A stretch of DNA of 63,893 bases, counting the filler, from Octopus bimaculoides (Eukaryota): assembly GCF_001194135.2 (NCBI RefSeq). It is 4 parts of 3 records of this genome, joined end to end, with 100 filler letters (N's around TTAATTAATTAA, not from the genome) between each part and the next. Parts side by side here need not be neighbours in the genome. Positions count along the whole stretch, not along the records: positions 46,031 to 58,243 come from NC_068989.1; positions 58,344 to 63,893 come from NC_068988.1; 2 more parts are not named here. One strand, given 5' to 3'. Each line of letters begins with the position of its first letter. Position 1 is the first letter of the stretch. Position numbers and translations under genes: made by a program. The notes under the pieces were generated by a model. The model did no database searches and was not told the DNA's origin. It saw nothing but the letters and a program-made list of their open reading frames with translations. Below are positions 49,201-62,915 of this stretch, piece after piece.

Positions 49201-49885
49201 ATGTGCGTGCCTGTGTCTTATGTTTGTATCCATACCTGTGTGTATATTTATATACATGTGATAATAGACATGCTTTCAAATGACAGTGACTATCTTGTTT
49301 TTGTTTTTTGTTTGTTGCCATTTTCTTGACTGTAGAGTCTTAGAAAACGGTGATCCTCTTGAATAAATCCTTGTTTCAAAAATTTGATCTGCTGGTATAT
49401 TTTGCCCCGCAAACACAATCGCTACGATATTAGTTGTCTCAATGATGAAGGCGATCGAGAGATGTAGTATTGGCCGACGCAGTCACGTTTCCATGGACAC
49501 TAAGGTCACTGCATTCTTCTTTGGAGTGCCGTCTGTTTCTTGGCAGAAGTGGGGACACAATAATGTTGAAGGAAGTGGAATGCAAATAATGGAGAAGATT
49601 CTGGACGAAATGTACAACAGAAGCCAGGAATATTCTTCTAACTGAAGACCATGGATGAATAATAGCTAAAGAGCTGATGTAATCGTTTACTAGATACAAG
49701 TATTTGAGAGAGACTGGTGTGAAGCATTAATTCTCTAAAGAAAAGAAGGAGGAAGCGAAATGTTCTTAATAGTTGATAGCGATTTTCTAGTTACCATGTT
49801 TATACGATTGTATGTCTGCTGACGTGTTTGTTTCAGCAAAGCTAGGCGTAAACATTTATATATGCATCTTTATAAATATATTTTT

Positions 49886-49921
<36 letters not shown>

Positions 49922-50008
49922 TATATAGATATGTATATATATATACATATATATATGTATATATATGCATGTATATATATATATCAATATATGCACACAC
50001 AAATATTT

Positions 50009-50039
<31 letters not shown>

Positions 50040-50678
50040 CATACATGCATACATACACACACATATGTATATTTATATATATATACATATATATACACAC
50101 AAATATTTATATTTGTATTTATGTATATAAATGAGCATTTAGATATATGTCTATGTACGTGTGTCTATATATGTACGCATACATGTACATATATACGTGT
50201 ATATGTGTACGTTAATTCATGTGTTTATTTAAGCAATAATATACGAATTGTTGGACAGGTAACTAAACAATAGGAATAGTATGGCAATAAGACATATGTG
50301 AAAAAAAAAGATAGAGAGAGTGTATATGAATGGTGAGAACAAGACAGACATAGACCAAAATAACATAAAATATCGGTCCAATTGAGTAAATATACAATTG
50401 CAACGTGTGAGAGTTCTGATACACAATCTACATTGATATTTACACTATATTTACACATGCAACTGCATGTGTCAGAATACAATTTATCATGATACCTTCA
50501 ATGACTTCCTGTATATTTTACTCACAAGACACGTCATCCACACACTACGCCATGCCACGTCACTCTCTACCACGCCACAGTAAAACCTTCCCTATGCAGG
50601 TAATTTAATGCAGTACTGAATCGATTACAGTATTTGAACGTGTCAACCTGAACGAACAGAATTCCTAACGTTTATTAC

Positions 50679-50739
<61 letters not shown>

Positions 50740-50830
50740 GAGACAGCAGCACACGCCAACTCGAGAATTTTGTTTGCCAATATAACAAGTATTTCTAGAT
50801 GAAATTTATTCTTTTTCGATTATTTCACAG

Positions 50831-50870
50831 AGAACATTGCAATGTCAGCAAGCTTACCACAGCACCTCAG
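50831..50870 (+). other. Candidate 40-nt exon containing an ATG (MSASLPQHL)
   Basis: Acceptor ttctttttcgattatttcacag|, donor CAG|gtagat; all three frames open. Confidence 0.4.
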
Positions 50871-51799
50871 GTAGATAGAAGATTCATTTTAAATATCAAT
50901 ATTTTTCAGTTTATTCTCCGGAATTCCGTTGTATTTACAATAGTGTTCAACATCATTTTATCTACTAGAGGGATAGTAAGAGCTATCAAGAAGGGGAGAA
51001 AGAGTGAATATCCGTTCGAAAAGAAAATAGCCATATAATCTCCTAATGCAGGAAAAGAAAAAAAAAAGAGGGGAAAACCAAAAGGTGTAAAAAGAAATAA
51101 CAAAAATACTCTCCTGCACAAATAGTCTGTATTTTATACCTGAAAAGCAAATTTTCATATGGAAACAAGAATAACAAGAACAAGAATAACACTCATTTCG
51201 AGAACGAAAAAATCGCAAACACTTGCAAACAGAAGAAAATGAGTTAAAAGAGCAGTTTTATCTATCTTCATGCTGGGAGTAAAAAGCAGATTTTGAACAT
51301 ATACTTCTAATGCAAAAAGAAAACAACAACAAAATAGTATAATTCACTTGACAAACTTTTGTAACCATAAAAATCCCCACTTTATCAAAACCTTTCATTC
51401 AAGAGCAAATGAGAAGAACATTTAACCACATTAATCGAAGCATATTCTCTGATATTCGTAAAAGAGCAACCGGACATATGCCTAGCCGGCTTGTGAGGAA
51501 ACATTTCCTCTGTCGTTCGAGAAAACGGTTATAGTGTCATGTGTTTAGATTTTGGGCACTTGGCTCATAGTCATCTATCTAGCACAGTATGAGCACTTGA
51601 CTGTCAATTAACATTCCAATCCTAATAACAGAAGAGTGCCACCAAATCATTTGAAGCTGCGCATTGTCTATGCTAGAAAGAAATATTGGGTAATTTGCTG
51701 CTCAGTCTGAAGAAGAGGATTTGAATAATCCTGATCTCATTTTGCCTCTCTAGTGCTTTCTCGTTTTCTATCGGTTTTATCTATCCTACTTCGTTGCTA

Positions 51800-54030
51800 T
51801 GAATGCTCTGCATACTCCATGTATCCCTCCAGTATTTTGTGCTCTCCTCTGCATCTGGAATTGCATTATTTCTGTTTTCTATTCCTTTATATTTTTCTAA
51901 GTTTTTAACAAAGTATTACCATCTGCTTGGTTGCAATTGCTGTATTTTACTTTTGCATTATAATGTTTTTTTTTACAATTGCATTGGGTGGTATTGAACC
52001 TAATGCTCCGATAACAATAGGGATAACCTTTATGTTTGAATCTCGTAGCTGTCACATCTTAGCAATCTCAGTACTCCATATTTATCAGCCTCTACTCTTT
52101 CTTTCATGATGATATGTTGATTTGGCCCTGGCTCGTCAATTATTAAGCACTCTTGTTTGTCCCTCTTAAAGGTTATTATATCCGGCCTTTGGTGCTCTTA
52201 TACCTTGCCTGCTTGGAAATGAAAGTCTCAGAGGATTTTTGCCTTCCCCTTTTCGTCCATTACCTTTTCCAGAGTATGTTGATATCAAGCACCCGTAACC
52301 TCATATCTATGTTTAAACATGGTAGCCAGTAGAGGTTTTGGGCTACTTTGTCGTGTCTACGCATGTAATCTTTCTGCGCCAGACATTCACAAGCACTAAC
52401 AATGAGAGTCACGCTTTTGGCCCTCTTCCCACGCATTCTGCAGAGGTCTGTTGCACTTGTGTGGTATATATTGTTTTTCACTGAGTTGGTATTCAATGCA
52501 TGCCCTGGGAAGCGATGATTAAGCTTTCAGTATTTTTTTTAGGTCACCCTTCTTAAGCCACCTCCATGATGCTTCCTGGTCTTTTAATTTGTTGGTTTCA
52601 CGGTAGAACTGACGATGTAATTCCATGTGGAATAGGGTTTCTTCTCTCTTATTGGTTATACTTGATCGGAATTCATGAACACACGCAAGTTCATTTTTGT
52701 TAAACCCCTCTGCATTAGCAGCATACTGTAGCAGGTCTTGTTTGCTGTTTAGCTAATATTCTGCCATGTTTCTTATTTCACTGTTGATGCACTCTCGTAC
52801 ACAAATCTGCTCACGTTCACCTTTACCCCTCTTCATGTAGAGCCTGTGTACATTCGCCTAAGAGTAGAGGGCACCATACATTGTCCTTGTCTTTTGGGTA
52901 GTGTGATCGAGTTGGTTAATCTCTGCTTGTGTCCATGTCAGGATGGGTGCACTATAGCGGACTACTGCAACCGCCCATAGGTAGATGGCAGTCACAAGTT
53001 TCTTTGAGTTGAGTTTTGATTTTAAGAGAAGTTTAAGTCGCTTGAAAATTGTAGTGATGACCTTGTCTTTCATTTCTTTAAGCAAGATATTGCACAGTTC
53101 CAGGATCCCAAGGTACTTGTACCCATCATCATCCGGGTTTTCCATTCTCTCTCTGTTTGGCAATTCTATGCATCTACAATCTATTCTTTTGCTCCGTTTC
53201 AAAGTAAGCACGGCACACTTCGAGATAGCGAGTTCCATCCCTAAATCCTTGCTGCACATTTTCACAGTCTCAACCAGCCTCTCCATTTCAGGCTCTGTTT
53301 ATGCGAAGTTTTAAATCATCCATGAAGAGAAGGTGAATAAGACGAGGTTCATTCTTTCTCAGCTCATAGTGCGCGTTGACTTTGCGTAGGACTACAGAAA
53401 GTGGGATCAAGACTACAACAAATAACAGAGGTGAACAAGAGTCTCCTTGGAAGATACCTCTTTTGATTATTACCTCGGCAAAGTTTTCCAACTAGGAATG
53501 ACGTTCTTAATCAGTGCTCACACGTGCTTAGCTATTCCACATATGTCGAGTGTTCCGAAAAGTCATGAATGCGGCAACATGTCGTAAACGTTTCTGAAGT
53601 CTCTCCAGGCCATTCATCAGTTTTTTGGTACAGTTCTTCATTATAACATTGTCTATCACACGGTGGTCCTTGGTGCCTTTGGATTCTTGTCGGTATTCCT
53701 TTTGTTCTAATGGCAGCAGATTGTTTTCCGCAAGGAACGTATACATTTTCTCTGTGAGGATACCTGTTAATACTTTCCATAAGAGTTTAAAAGAAGTAAT
53801 GGGTCGGTAATTGCCAGCCTCTCTGCCCTTTGACCGATCTTTCATTAACATTATTGTTTTCCCTCTACCATCCACGCCGGAACTGCAATGCTCTGTAGGC
53901 AACTGTCTAATTGCATCGCAATTCTCTTGTGTGTTGACCTAAACCACTTGACTCAGTAGCCTTGAATTCCGTCTGGTCCTGCCGCTTTCCAGTTTAGCAT
54001 TTTTTATACCTGGGCAATGACATCTTCCGT
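51800..54030 (-). mobile_element. Dong/R4-clade LINE, 5'-truncated and frameshifted (RT, CCHC, REL)
   Basis: NYRPIT…LWKVLTGI, RGIFQGDSCSPLLF, HLLFMDDLKL, YKYLGILE, CLAQKDYMRRHDKVA, IKVIPIVIGALGSIP. Confidence 0.92.
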
Positions 54031-54056
54031 TGTTATATTATTATTATTATCATTAA

Positions 54057-54357
54057 GGTGGCTAGCTTGCAGAGTCGTTACCACGCTGGACGAAATGCCA
54101 CCGGTATTTCGCCAGTCGCTACGTTCTGAGTTCAAAATCCGCCGAGGTCGACTTTGACTTTCATACTTTCAGAGTCGATAAATTAAGTACCAGTGAAATA
54201 GTGGGGGAGATGTAATCGACTAGTCACCTCCCCCAAAATTGCTGTCCTTGTGCAAACTTTGAAATTATTATTATTGTTATTATTATTATTATTGTTGTTG
54301 TTGTTGTTATTGTTATTACTATTATTATTATCATTATTGTTATTGTTGTTGTTGTTA

Positions 54358-54413
<56 letters not shown>

Positions 54414-54600
54414 GCCATCATCATGGGTGGGAGAATTGGTTTTGTGGTATTTATTCAGTTAGTATGCGTTTTGATATCAAGTCTCGCCGAGCTCCTTTTG
54501 TGTTTCAACGCTGGAGTTGATAAAATAAGTTACTAGTGAAATACTCTGTGGATTTAATCGTCTAACTTACCCCACTAAAATATTTCAGGTCTCATAATTT
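54057..54600 (+). mobile_element. Two SINE A copies separated by a (TTA/TTG)n tract
   Basis: Near-consensus copy at 54057-54268; degenerate copy at about 54425-54600. Confidence 0.8.
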
Positions 54601-57600
54601 ATGTTAGAAAAAGATCATTATTATGGTGGTGTTGATGACGTTGTTAATGATGATGCTAATGCTGATGATGGTAGCGTGAAGAAGAAATTCTAGTCATGAT
54701 GAGAGTAATGGTAGGATGGATGATGAGAGTAACGAGGAAGTGGAAGATGATGACGAGGAAAACAAAAAGGAGAAAGATGAGTGTGACGGGAAGGATAATG
54801 AGGATAAAGAGAGAATGAAGAAGAGAAGGAGGGGGAAGGTGATTGAGATGTTAAATCATGACGCATTTTCTGATATTCTTTAAACATTATTTAAAAATAT
54901 TTTCAGGTTCTAAAACTGGCAACAAAAAATCTTTCAATATTTATTTATTTGTTATTATTTGGTTTTATGTATTATCGCTAAATTTAAAAATAAAAAAAAA
55001 AAACCAACCAGTCAACCACCTAACCACCATCCAACCAGCAAGTGAATAAACAAACCAGACAGCAAACCATTTGAGTTGAAGAATTAGTCGAAACTAAGGT
55101 CGTTTGCATTGCTCTTGTTTATCCAAGATTTTTCTGGAGTTTGTCCAAATTTATCAAAGAAAAACTCATTTGCCAATAGCGCTTTCTTTTTTTCTCTTAA
55201 ACTTTCACTTTTGGCTATTGTGTTCAAGAAGAACAGTTGCCAATGTTTTTGTCTTTAAAACTGCCTTGATTCATTGTTGAATCAAAATAATTTACTGTTT
55301 NNNNNNNNNNNNNNNNNNNNNNNNNNNNNNNNNNNNNNNNNNNNNNNNNNNNNNNNNNNNNNNNNNNNNNNNNNNNNNNNNNNNNNNNNNNNNNNNNNNN
55401 NNNNNNNNNNNNNNNNNNNNNNNNNNNNNNNNNNNNNNNNNNNNNNNNNNNNNNNNNNNNNNNNNNNNNNNNNNNNNNNNNNNNNNNNNNNNNNNNNNNN
55501 NNNNNNNNNNNNNNNNNNNNNNNNNNNNNNNNNNNNNNNNNNNNNNNNNNNNNNNNNNNNNNNNNNNNNNNNNNNNNNNNNNNNNNNNNNNNNNNNNNNN
55601 NNNNNNNNNNNNNNNNNNNNNNNNNNNNNNNNNNNNNNNNNNNNNNNNNNNNNNNNNNNNNNNNNNNNNNNNNNNNNNNNNNNNNNNNNNNNNNNNNNNN
55701 NNNNNNNNNNNNNNNNNNNNNNNNNNNNNNNNNNNNNNNNNNNNNNNNNNNNNNNNNNNNNNNNNNNNNNNNNNNNNNNNNNNNNNNNNNNNNNNNNNNN
55801 NNNNNNNNNNNNNNNNNNNNNNNNNNNNNNNNNNNNNNNNNNNNNNNNNNNNNNNNNNNNNNNNNNNNNNNNNNNNNNNNNNNNNNNNNNNNNNNNNNNN
55901 NNNNNNNNNNNNNNNNNNNNNNNNNNNNNNNNNNTATTCTTTAAACATTATTTAAAAATATTTTCAGGTTCTAAAACTGGCAACAAAAAATCTTTCAATA
56001 TTTATTTATTTGTTATTATTTGGTTTTATGTATTATCGCTAAATTTAAAAATAAAAAAAGAAATAAGTGGAAATTTTACCGGTGAGTGTGTTAAATTATA
56101 AGGCACTAAAAGAGAATGACTCTCCCCAGACACAACAAAAGAATAAGATATTCTGACGAAAATATCTGAGCCTCCGTTATGAATGCAAAACAACTGGCCG
56201 TGAACGTGTGTATTTCTATGGGTACGCTGCTATCCAGCCCTGCACAGAGGAGAACGTGGCTAACACACAACATTGGAAACGGCTGAAATTCAATATTTTC
56301 TTCTCATAAACAGCACAACTGGAACACATCCTATGAAATATCCAGGCAATAATTTGTTTCAGCTGCAGTGCATATGCTCGCAGGAAAGATGAATATAGTT
56401 GGAATTGCTCTAATTAGTCAGTATGTAACTTTAAATTACTTCCATGTCAATTGCTTTCACTCTTCTTCTACACAACTAACAAATTCTGATAAAAATCTCT
56501 TATTAAAATCCGTCATATATCTTTCCTAGTTTCTTTTTGTATAAATATTTTCTCCATTCTGTCTCGTATAATAACATAATAATATCGTACAATAAATGAA
56601 GTCCAAATCGTCTTGTATTAATGTGGTTCAAGCAAATCGATATATATAGAAAAGTCAGTTAAATAAATACTTAAAGATTATACTGTATACACTATTGTAT
56701 TAAACTTAAACATGCTTTATTAACCAAAAGAAAATTAATATTGACTTGATGGTTCTCCCTTTGAATTGTCAGCAAATAACGAACGACCAATGAAACAAAG
56801 CATATAAATGTTTTATTGCTTCAACGTTTAGTTTGATATGTTTTACATCACTAATAAAATTAATAGTATTTCATCTGAAATTTTTATTGTAACGTTTCAT
56901 TGCTCTAAGCTGGTTTTATAAATGCACTATTATAGAAACCTTCGCCTTCTCTATTAGATTCCATGCATATTTAACGCAGGACGTCTCTAGTCCATACAAA
57001 AAACTAGAAATTGGTATATTACTGATGGGTTAGTGTAAGACAATATAGATAATGTACAACGCTGCATAATTACTCCCTGATTGGTCAGAATAATCTTTTG
57101 TTTTTGTTGTCTTTTTTCTTTTGTAAAACATGAAGTGTTTGTAAAACACCACTTGACGAAAGGGGATGATGAGGTACAAAGGTTTGAGAACCACTGTCCA
57201 ATATGATTGCTTCAACTGAAATAACAACCATATCTCCCTGAATTCATGGTTTACCTCTTTAAAAGGGTATGTCATATATAGGCCCATGTGTATGCTTAAT
57301 AAAAAGAAATACGAAAACAATTACAGCTGTGTGGAACATTTCTTCATATGTCTTAGTCATTAACCACAACGCCCTGAAAATCACGGTTTTCCTTTTATCT
57401 TGCAGTATAATAAATACTTTGTGTTATATGTTCAACTGAAATGCACGTTTACTAATTTCGTTCTGTTTAATGTAGATTATATAGTTTTTGCAGGACACAA
57501 AATCTTTGAAAAAAATTATGACGCATCTGGTTTTCGTTGTTAACATTTGATGGGAATTATGATTTGCTTCGAGCAGAGACGTCACTTTTAGACTTTTCCC

Positions 57601-58195
57601 ACGTAGGAAGTTAAGACTTACATCTGTTTCAAAGATTCGTTGCAAGAACTATGTCCAAGAAGTGAACACCCGTTTGAAAAAAATTCTGCTATATATCTAA
57701 GATAATAAACTATATTAATCTATTTATAGTACGGTATGGAGGTGTTTGAGAGAGATATGTCTTCTAACATGAACGCAATGGTGACATCACCGAAGCTCTC
57801 TCGTTGATACAATGTGGTTGGTTATTGTAATTATTATTTGGTCTTCATAATCGCTTTAATAATTCCCATTATTTGTCACCATTCTCTTTATTTGCCTATT
57901 AATGTAAGCGTTATCTTGTATAGGTTGAAATGATACTGAACGTTATGAGAAAAGAATGGGTGAGGGCAACTTCTCTTATTTTCTCATTTTATAAACAAGC
58001 TCTCATGTTTTCTCATTATACGATTTAATACTATATAATTATTCTCTATCACTGCTTCTTTCTACTAATCTCGTGTGCCATTTCCTTTTCTTGTGATAAA
58101 AACCCAGCCCAAATACAGATAGCTCAATAGCTACTGTGAATTCTGTAAAATGTATGCCTCATTTCTGTCCTCTCCGCACATACAGTCATCACACT

Positions 58196-58233
<38 letters not shown>

Positions 58234-58343
58234 CATATATATANNNNNNNNNNNNNNNNNNNNNNNNNNNNNNNNNNNNNNNNNNNNTTAATTAATTAAN
58301 NNNNNNNNNNNNNNNNNNNNNNNNNNNNNNNNNNNNNNNNNNN

Positions 58344-58376
<33 letters not shown>

Positions 58377-58684
58377 GTATATATATATATGTATATATTT
58401 ATATGTAGATGCAACTATTTCAATTTCTTAATTTGCTTTCTTCAGTTTAAATAATTTCAAGAAGCAATTATATAATCGCAAATAAATGCAAAAAGATAAT
58501 TTCTGTTTTAATGGAACTCATGAACCGTTACACCTTTCAAAACAGACAGCAATTTGAATAATAATATCAATTCCTTTGATATCTTCACATAGTTTGCACA
58601 AAGCCATTTTAAATCATCAGCAACATCTACGCTCAACCATTGTCTTAGTTACGAATTAGGTTTTATTGTACGTAATGAAGTTAA

Positions 58685-58872
58685 ACGAGTGGTTGTGCAG
58701 TAAGAAGCTTGCTTCCCAACCACATGGTTTCGGGTTCAGTTCCACTGCGTGGCGTCTTGCGCAAGCGTCTTCTACTATAGCTCCAAGTCGACCAAAGCTT
58801 TGTGAGTGTATCTAGTAGACAGACACGGAAATACATATATATGGTATTGTTAGACAGAAACGGAAATAAGCC

Positions 58873-58907
<35 letters not shown>

Positions 58908-59168
58908 CATATATGTGTGTTTCTGTGCGTTTGTGTTGCTGCATGTGTGTGCGTGTGTGTGTTTGTGTTTCACCACTGTTTGACAACCCGTGTTATTGTG
59001 TTTATGTTACCGTAACCTAGCGGTTTTTCCCAAAGAAACCGATACAATAAGTACCTAATTATAGAGAGAAAAAAAATCCTGTGTCGATTCATTTGACTAA
59101 AATTATTCAAGACGGTGCTCAAACATAGCCACAGTCAAATGACTGTAACCAATAATAGAATAAAATAA
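58685..59168 (+). mobile_element. SINE family B, full length, diverged
   Basis: gagtggttgtgcagtaagaagcttgcttcccaaccacatggtttcgggttcagttcc…gacggtgctcaaacatagccacagtcaaatgactg. Confidence 0.85.
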
Positions 59169-59504
59169 GACTGCTCAATATATGGTTATTTTCCAAATGC
59201 CAGAATGTGTTAAACATTAACCGCCCCACGCAAGTCATTGACAAATAACCGACAATATCAGCTCAAATAAAATAATTCTTGGATTAACATGAATATTTTA
59301 TAAATAATGAATCGCTAAGTTTTGCTTCAATATGAAAAATTCTGATACACATAAAAAAGGGCTTCGATTTTGAAGCCTATCATTTCAAATGGAATCGTAT
59401 ATCAATGGATGGATTCAATTAATGGTTAAAGATTTTATCTAAAAATATTAATGAAAATTTTAAGTGGAAATTTGCTTTTTCTTCCTCCCTTAATAAGGTA
59501 TATA

Positions 59505-59716
59505 TGAGAGGACGGTGAAATGGTTTTGGTTTCAAGGGTATCTCGAAAGGCCTGATTGGAGGCCCAACCTTCCGAGTTCTTTAACAGGGCTTAGAAAAAC
59601 TAAAATAAAAGTGTGTAAAACTTAGAGGAGAATACGTTGAATAAAATCATAATTAACTGATCTTCCGGTATATATTCTTTTACCGAAAGTCAGGAACTTT
59701 TCAGCACCCTCTTGTA
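59505..59716 (+). mobile_element. Mariner-derived MITE, copy 2
   Basis: Collinear with 7017-7232; ends aaagtcaggaacttttcagcaccctcttgTA. Confidence 0.82.
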
Positions 59717-59779
59717 TTTTATTTAATTTTCAATTCCAAATTTTTCGATATGCAATTTATAATACTTCATGTGGCAGCC

Positions 59780-60790
59780 ACAAGATTTGGACTTTGGGGT
59801 TGAAAAGTACTTATTTCATCGATTCTAAAAGTGTAAAAGGCGGTACTTGAACTCAATACGTAGAAACAGAAGAAATGCAGCTAAGCGTTTTAATCGATAA
59901 GCTACGAATTCTGCCAGCTAGCCGCCTTCATATTAAATTAATAATCCTTTCCACTATAAGCACAAAGTCCGAAATTTTGATGGGTTTAATCAATTATGTC
60001 CTAACCAGTGTGGGGGCGCAATGCCCAGTGGTTAGGGTAGCGGACTCGCGGTCATAGGATCCCGGTTTCGATTCCCAGACGGGGCGTTGTGAGTATTTAT
60101 TGAGCGAAAACACCTAAAGCTCCACGAGGCTCCGGCAGGGGGTGGTGGCGAACCCTGCTGTACTCTTTCACCACAACTTTCTCTCACTCTTTCTTCCTGT
60201 TTCTGTTGTGCCTGTAATTCAAAGGGCCAGTCTTGTCACACTGTGTCACGCTGAATATCCCCGAGAGCTACGTTAAGGGTACACGTGTCTGTGGAGTGCT
60301 CAGCCACTTGCACCTTAATTTCACGAGCAGGCTGTTCCGTTGATCGGATCAACTAGAACCTTCGACGTCGTAAGCAAAAGAGTGCCAACAACAACATCGT
60401 ACCCAGTATTTGGCTGGTATGTTGCATTTACAACGGAAGGTGAAACGCAAAGTCGACCTCAGCGGATATGAAATTCAGAACGTAAAAAAACAAACGAAAG
60501 GGGCGAAATGCTGCGGAGTATTTTCTCTGGAACGCTAACGATTCTTTTTGACGACCGCATTTATGTAACATTGATAATGGTTTCAAATTTTGGCAGCAGC
60601 TTTCGAAGAGAAGGAGAAAGTGATTACATCAACCCAAGCTCGTTACTGGTAGTTATTTTATCGATCCACCAAAGGATGAGAGGCAAACTCAACCTGAGAG
60701 GGATTTGAAGTCAGAAATAAAGACGGAAGAAATTCTACCAAGCATATAGGCCGGCCTGCTAACGACTCTGCCACCTCGGCGCCTTTATAC
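59780..60790 (-). mobile_element. Chain of three diverged SINE A copies; the middle one is split by a SINE C insertion
   Basis: Cores at about 59830, 60450 and 60690; the tail of the middle copy (59945-60000) is separated from its body (60396 onward). Confidence 0.75.
60012..60395 (+). mobile_element. SINE family C, young, tRNA(Arg)-like head
   Basis: gggggcgcaatgcccagtggttagggtagcggacTCGcggtc…gtttcgattccc; ends gagtgc(caa)n. Confidence 0.9.
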
Positions 60791-62834
60791 ATCATTAATA
60801 ATGATTCAGAAAAATAGTGCATTCCGTTTCAATGCCATTCTGATCACGAGGAAGTCTTTCAATAACACATACACAAACACACACACACACACACACACAC
60901 GCACGCACACATGCATATATATCTTTAACTCTAAAACTGTAAAAGGCTTAAAGGAAAATCTTGAATTATGTTCCAGCTATCCTTCAGTTAATCAAGATTA
61001 GATGATTTTACGAGTTTATCACGTGATAGTGTAAACGACTAATTTACGCTAAATTCTTTGTTTGTTGCTCAAAATAATTTGTAATTTTTCGTCCAGAAAT
61101 ACTGTTTGTGTTTAATTTTCATTCCTTCTTTTATAACATGCATGTATAAATGTATTGTATGAATATACATATACATACATACATGCATATATATATATAT
61201 NNNNNNNNNNNNNNNNNNNNNNNNNNNNNNNNNNNNNNNNNNNNNNNNNNNNNNNNNNNNNNNNNNNNNNNNNNNNNNNNNNNNNNNNNNNNNNNNNNNN
61301 NNNNNNNNNNNNNNNNNNNNNNNNNNNNNNNNNNNNNNNNNNNNNNNNNNNNNNNNNNNNNNNNNNNNNNNNNNNNNNNNNNNNNNNNNNNNNNNNNNNN
61401 NNNNNNNNNNNNNNNNNNNNNNNNNNNNNNNNNNNNNNNNNNNNNNNNNNNNNNNNNNNNNNNNNNNNNNNNNNNNNNNNNNNNNNNNNNNNNNNNNNNN
61501 NNNNNNNNNNNNNNNNNNNNNNNNNNNNNNNNNNNNNNNNNNNNNNNNNNNNNNNNNNNNNNNNNNNNNNNNNNNNNNNNNNNNNNNNNNNNNNNNNNNN
61601 NNNNNNNNNNNNNNNNNNNNNNNNNNNNNNNNNNNNNNNNNNNNNNNNNNNNNNNNNNNNNNNNNNNNNNNNNNNNNNNNNNNNNNNNNNNNNNNNNNNN
61701 NNNNNNNNNNNNNNNNNNNNNNNNNNNNNNNNNNNNNNNNNNNNNNNNNNNNNNNNNNNNNNNNNNNNNNNNNNNNNNNNNNNNNNNNNNNNNNNNNNNN
61801 NNNNNNNNNNNNNNNNNNNNNNNNNNNNNNNNNNNNNNNNNNNNNNNNNNNNNNNNNNNNNNNNNNNNNNNNNNNNNNNNNNNNNNNNNNNNNNNNNNNN
61901 NNNNNNNNNNNNNNNNNNNNNNNNNNNNNNNNNNNNNNNNNNNNNNNNNNNNNNNNNNNNNNNNNNTACGCGTGTTTGCTCGGCGATAGCCAAGGAAGAA
62001 AAGGATTATTGACCGGAAGCATGTGACCATGCCGGTGTAAGGGGAAGAGAGAGAGTGGTAGAGGGAGAAACAAAGGGAGGAAGTAGAAAAATAGGTGAGG
62101 AACGAGAGGAAAAGAGAAAGAGAGGAAGTACGAGGGGGAAAATGAGATACGTAGAAGTAACAGAGGAAGAACGAGAGGGGTAAAGCGAGCACGCACACAC
62201 AGAGAAACACGTTTCTGTTTATCCTTGTGTGTGTACACGTGTATGTAAATATACCGGAATCGATATCTATCTATCTATCTGTCTATCTATCTATATTGAG
62301 CAAGAGAAAGAGAGAGGAGGAGAGAGATAGAGACAAACAGAGGGAAAGAGTATTGTGGTGGGTACGTGGAATGAGGAGTAAATTTAGAAAGCAAGCCAGA
62401 TAAAATATAATTACTACTCACGGGTTTAACCTTGTCATTAGCAAAGCTGTTGTTTGTAGCTTTTCGCCATTATGTATCACATCATATAACGACGTTTTTC
62501 TTATTTTTATTTAGCTGTTGTTTAGTTTTCTATATTTATTGTTCTCTTGTTATTGATTTGAATGTATGTGTTTGTGCTTGTGAGCATATGTGCGTGTGTC
62601 AATGTGTGTGCGTGTATGTGTGTGAATGTGAGTGCATGTGTGTGTGTGTGTCTGCTTGTATGTCTGTGTGTGTGTTTGTGTATGATTTACTTTTTGTTCT
62701 GTTGATTTTGAATATGTTTTAAAAACGGCAACAATCATAATTTGCAATCAAACATACTCCGAAGGTGTACAAGATTTTATTATTCAGCTCTTGCCACTGT
62801 AGTTGTTATTATTGCTGTTGTTATTATTGTTGTT

Positions 62835-62870
<36 letters not shown>

Positions 62871-62915
62871 GTCGTCGTCGTCGTCGTCGTCATCATCATC
62901 ATCATCATCATCATG
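62835..62915. repeat. (CAT)n(CGT)n(CAT)n array
   Basis: Directly visible. Confidence 0.95.

Noticed and set aside
49400-49720. Old RTE-like remnant
   Set aside because: Only one weak motif (WRRFWT); not enough to call.
57175-57198. hAT-like TIR (reverse complement cagtggttctcaaacc)
   Set aside because: No partner TIR or 8-bp TSD found.
60012-60090. tRNA-Arg(TCG) gene
   Set aside because: The tRNA-like head continues into a SINE body shared with the copy at 37605 and ends in (CAA)n; the cloverleaf is imperfect.
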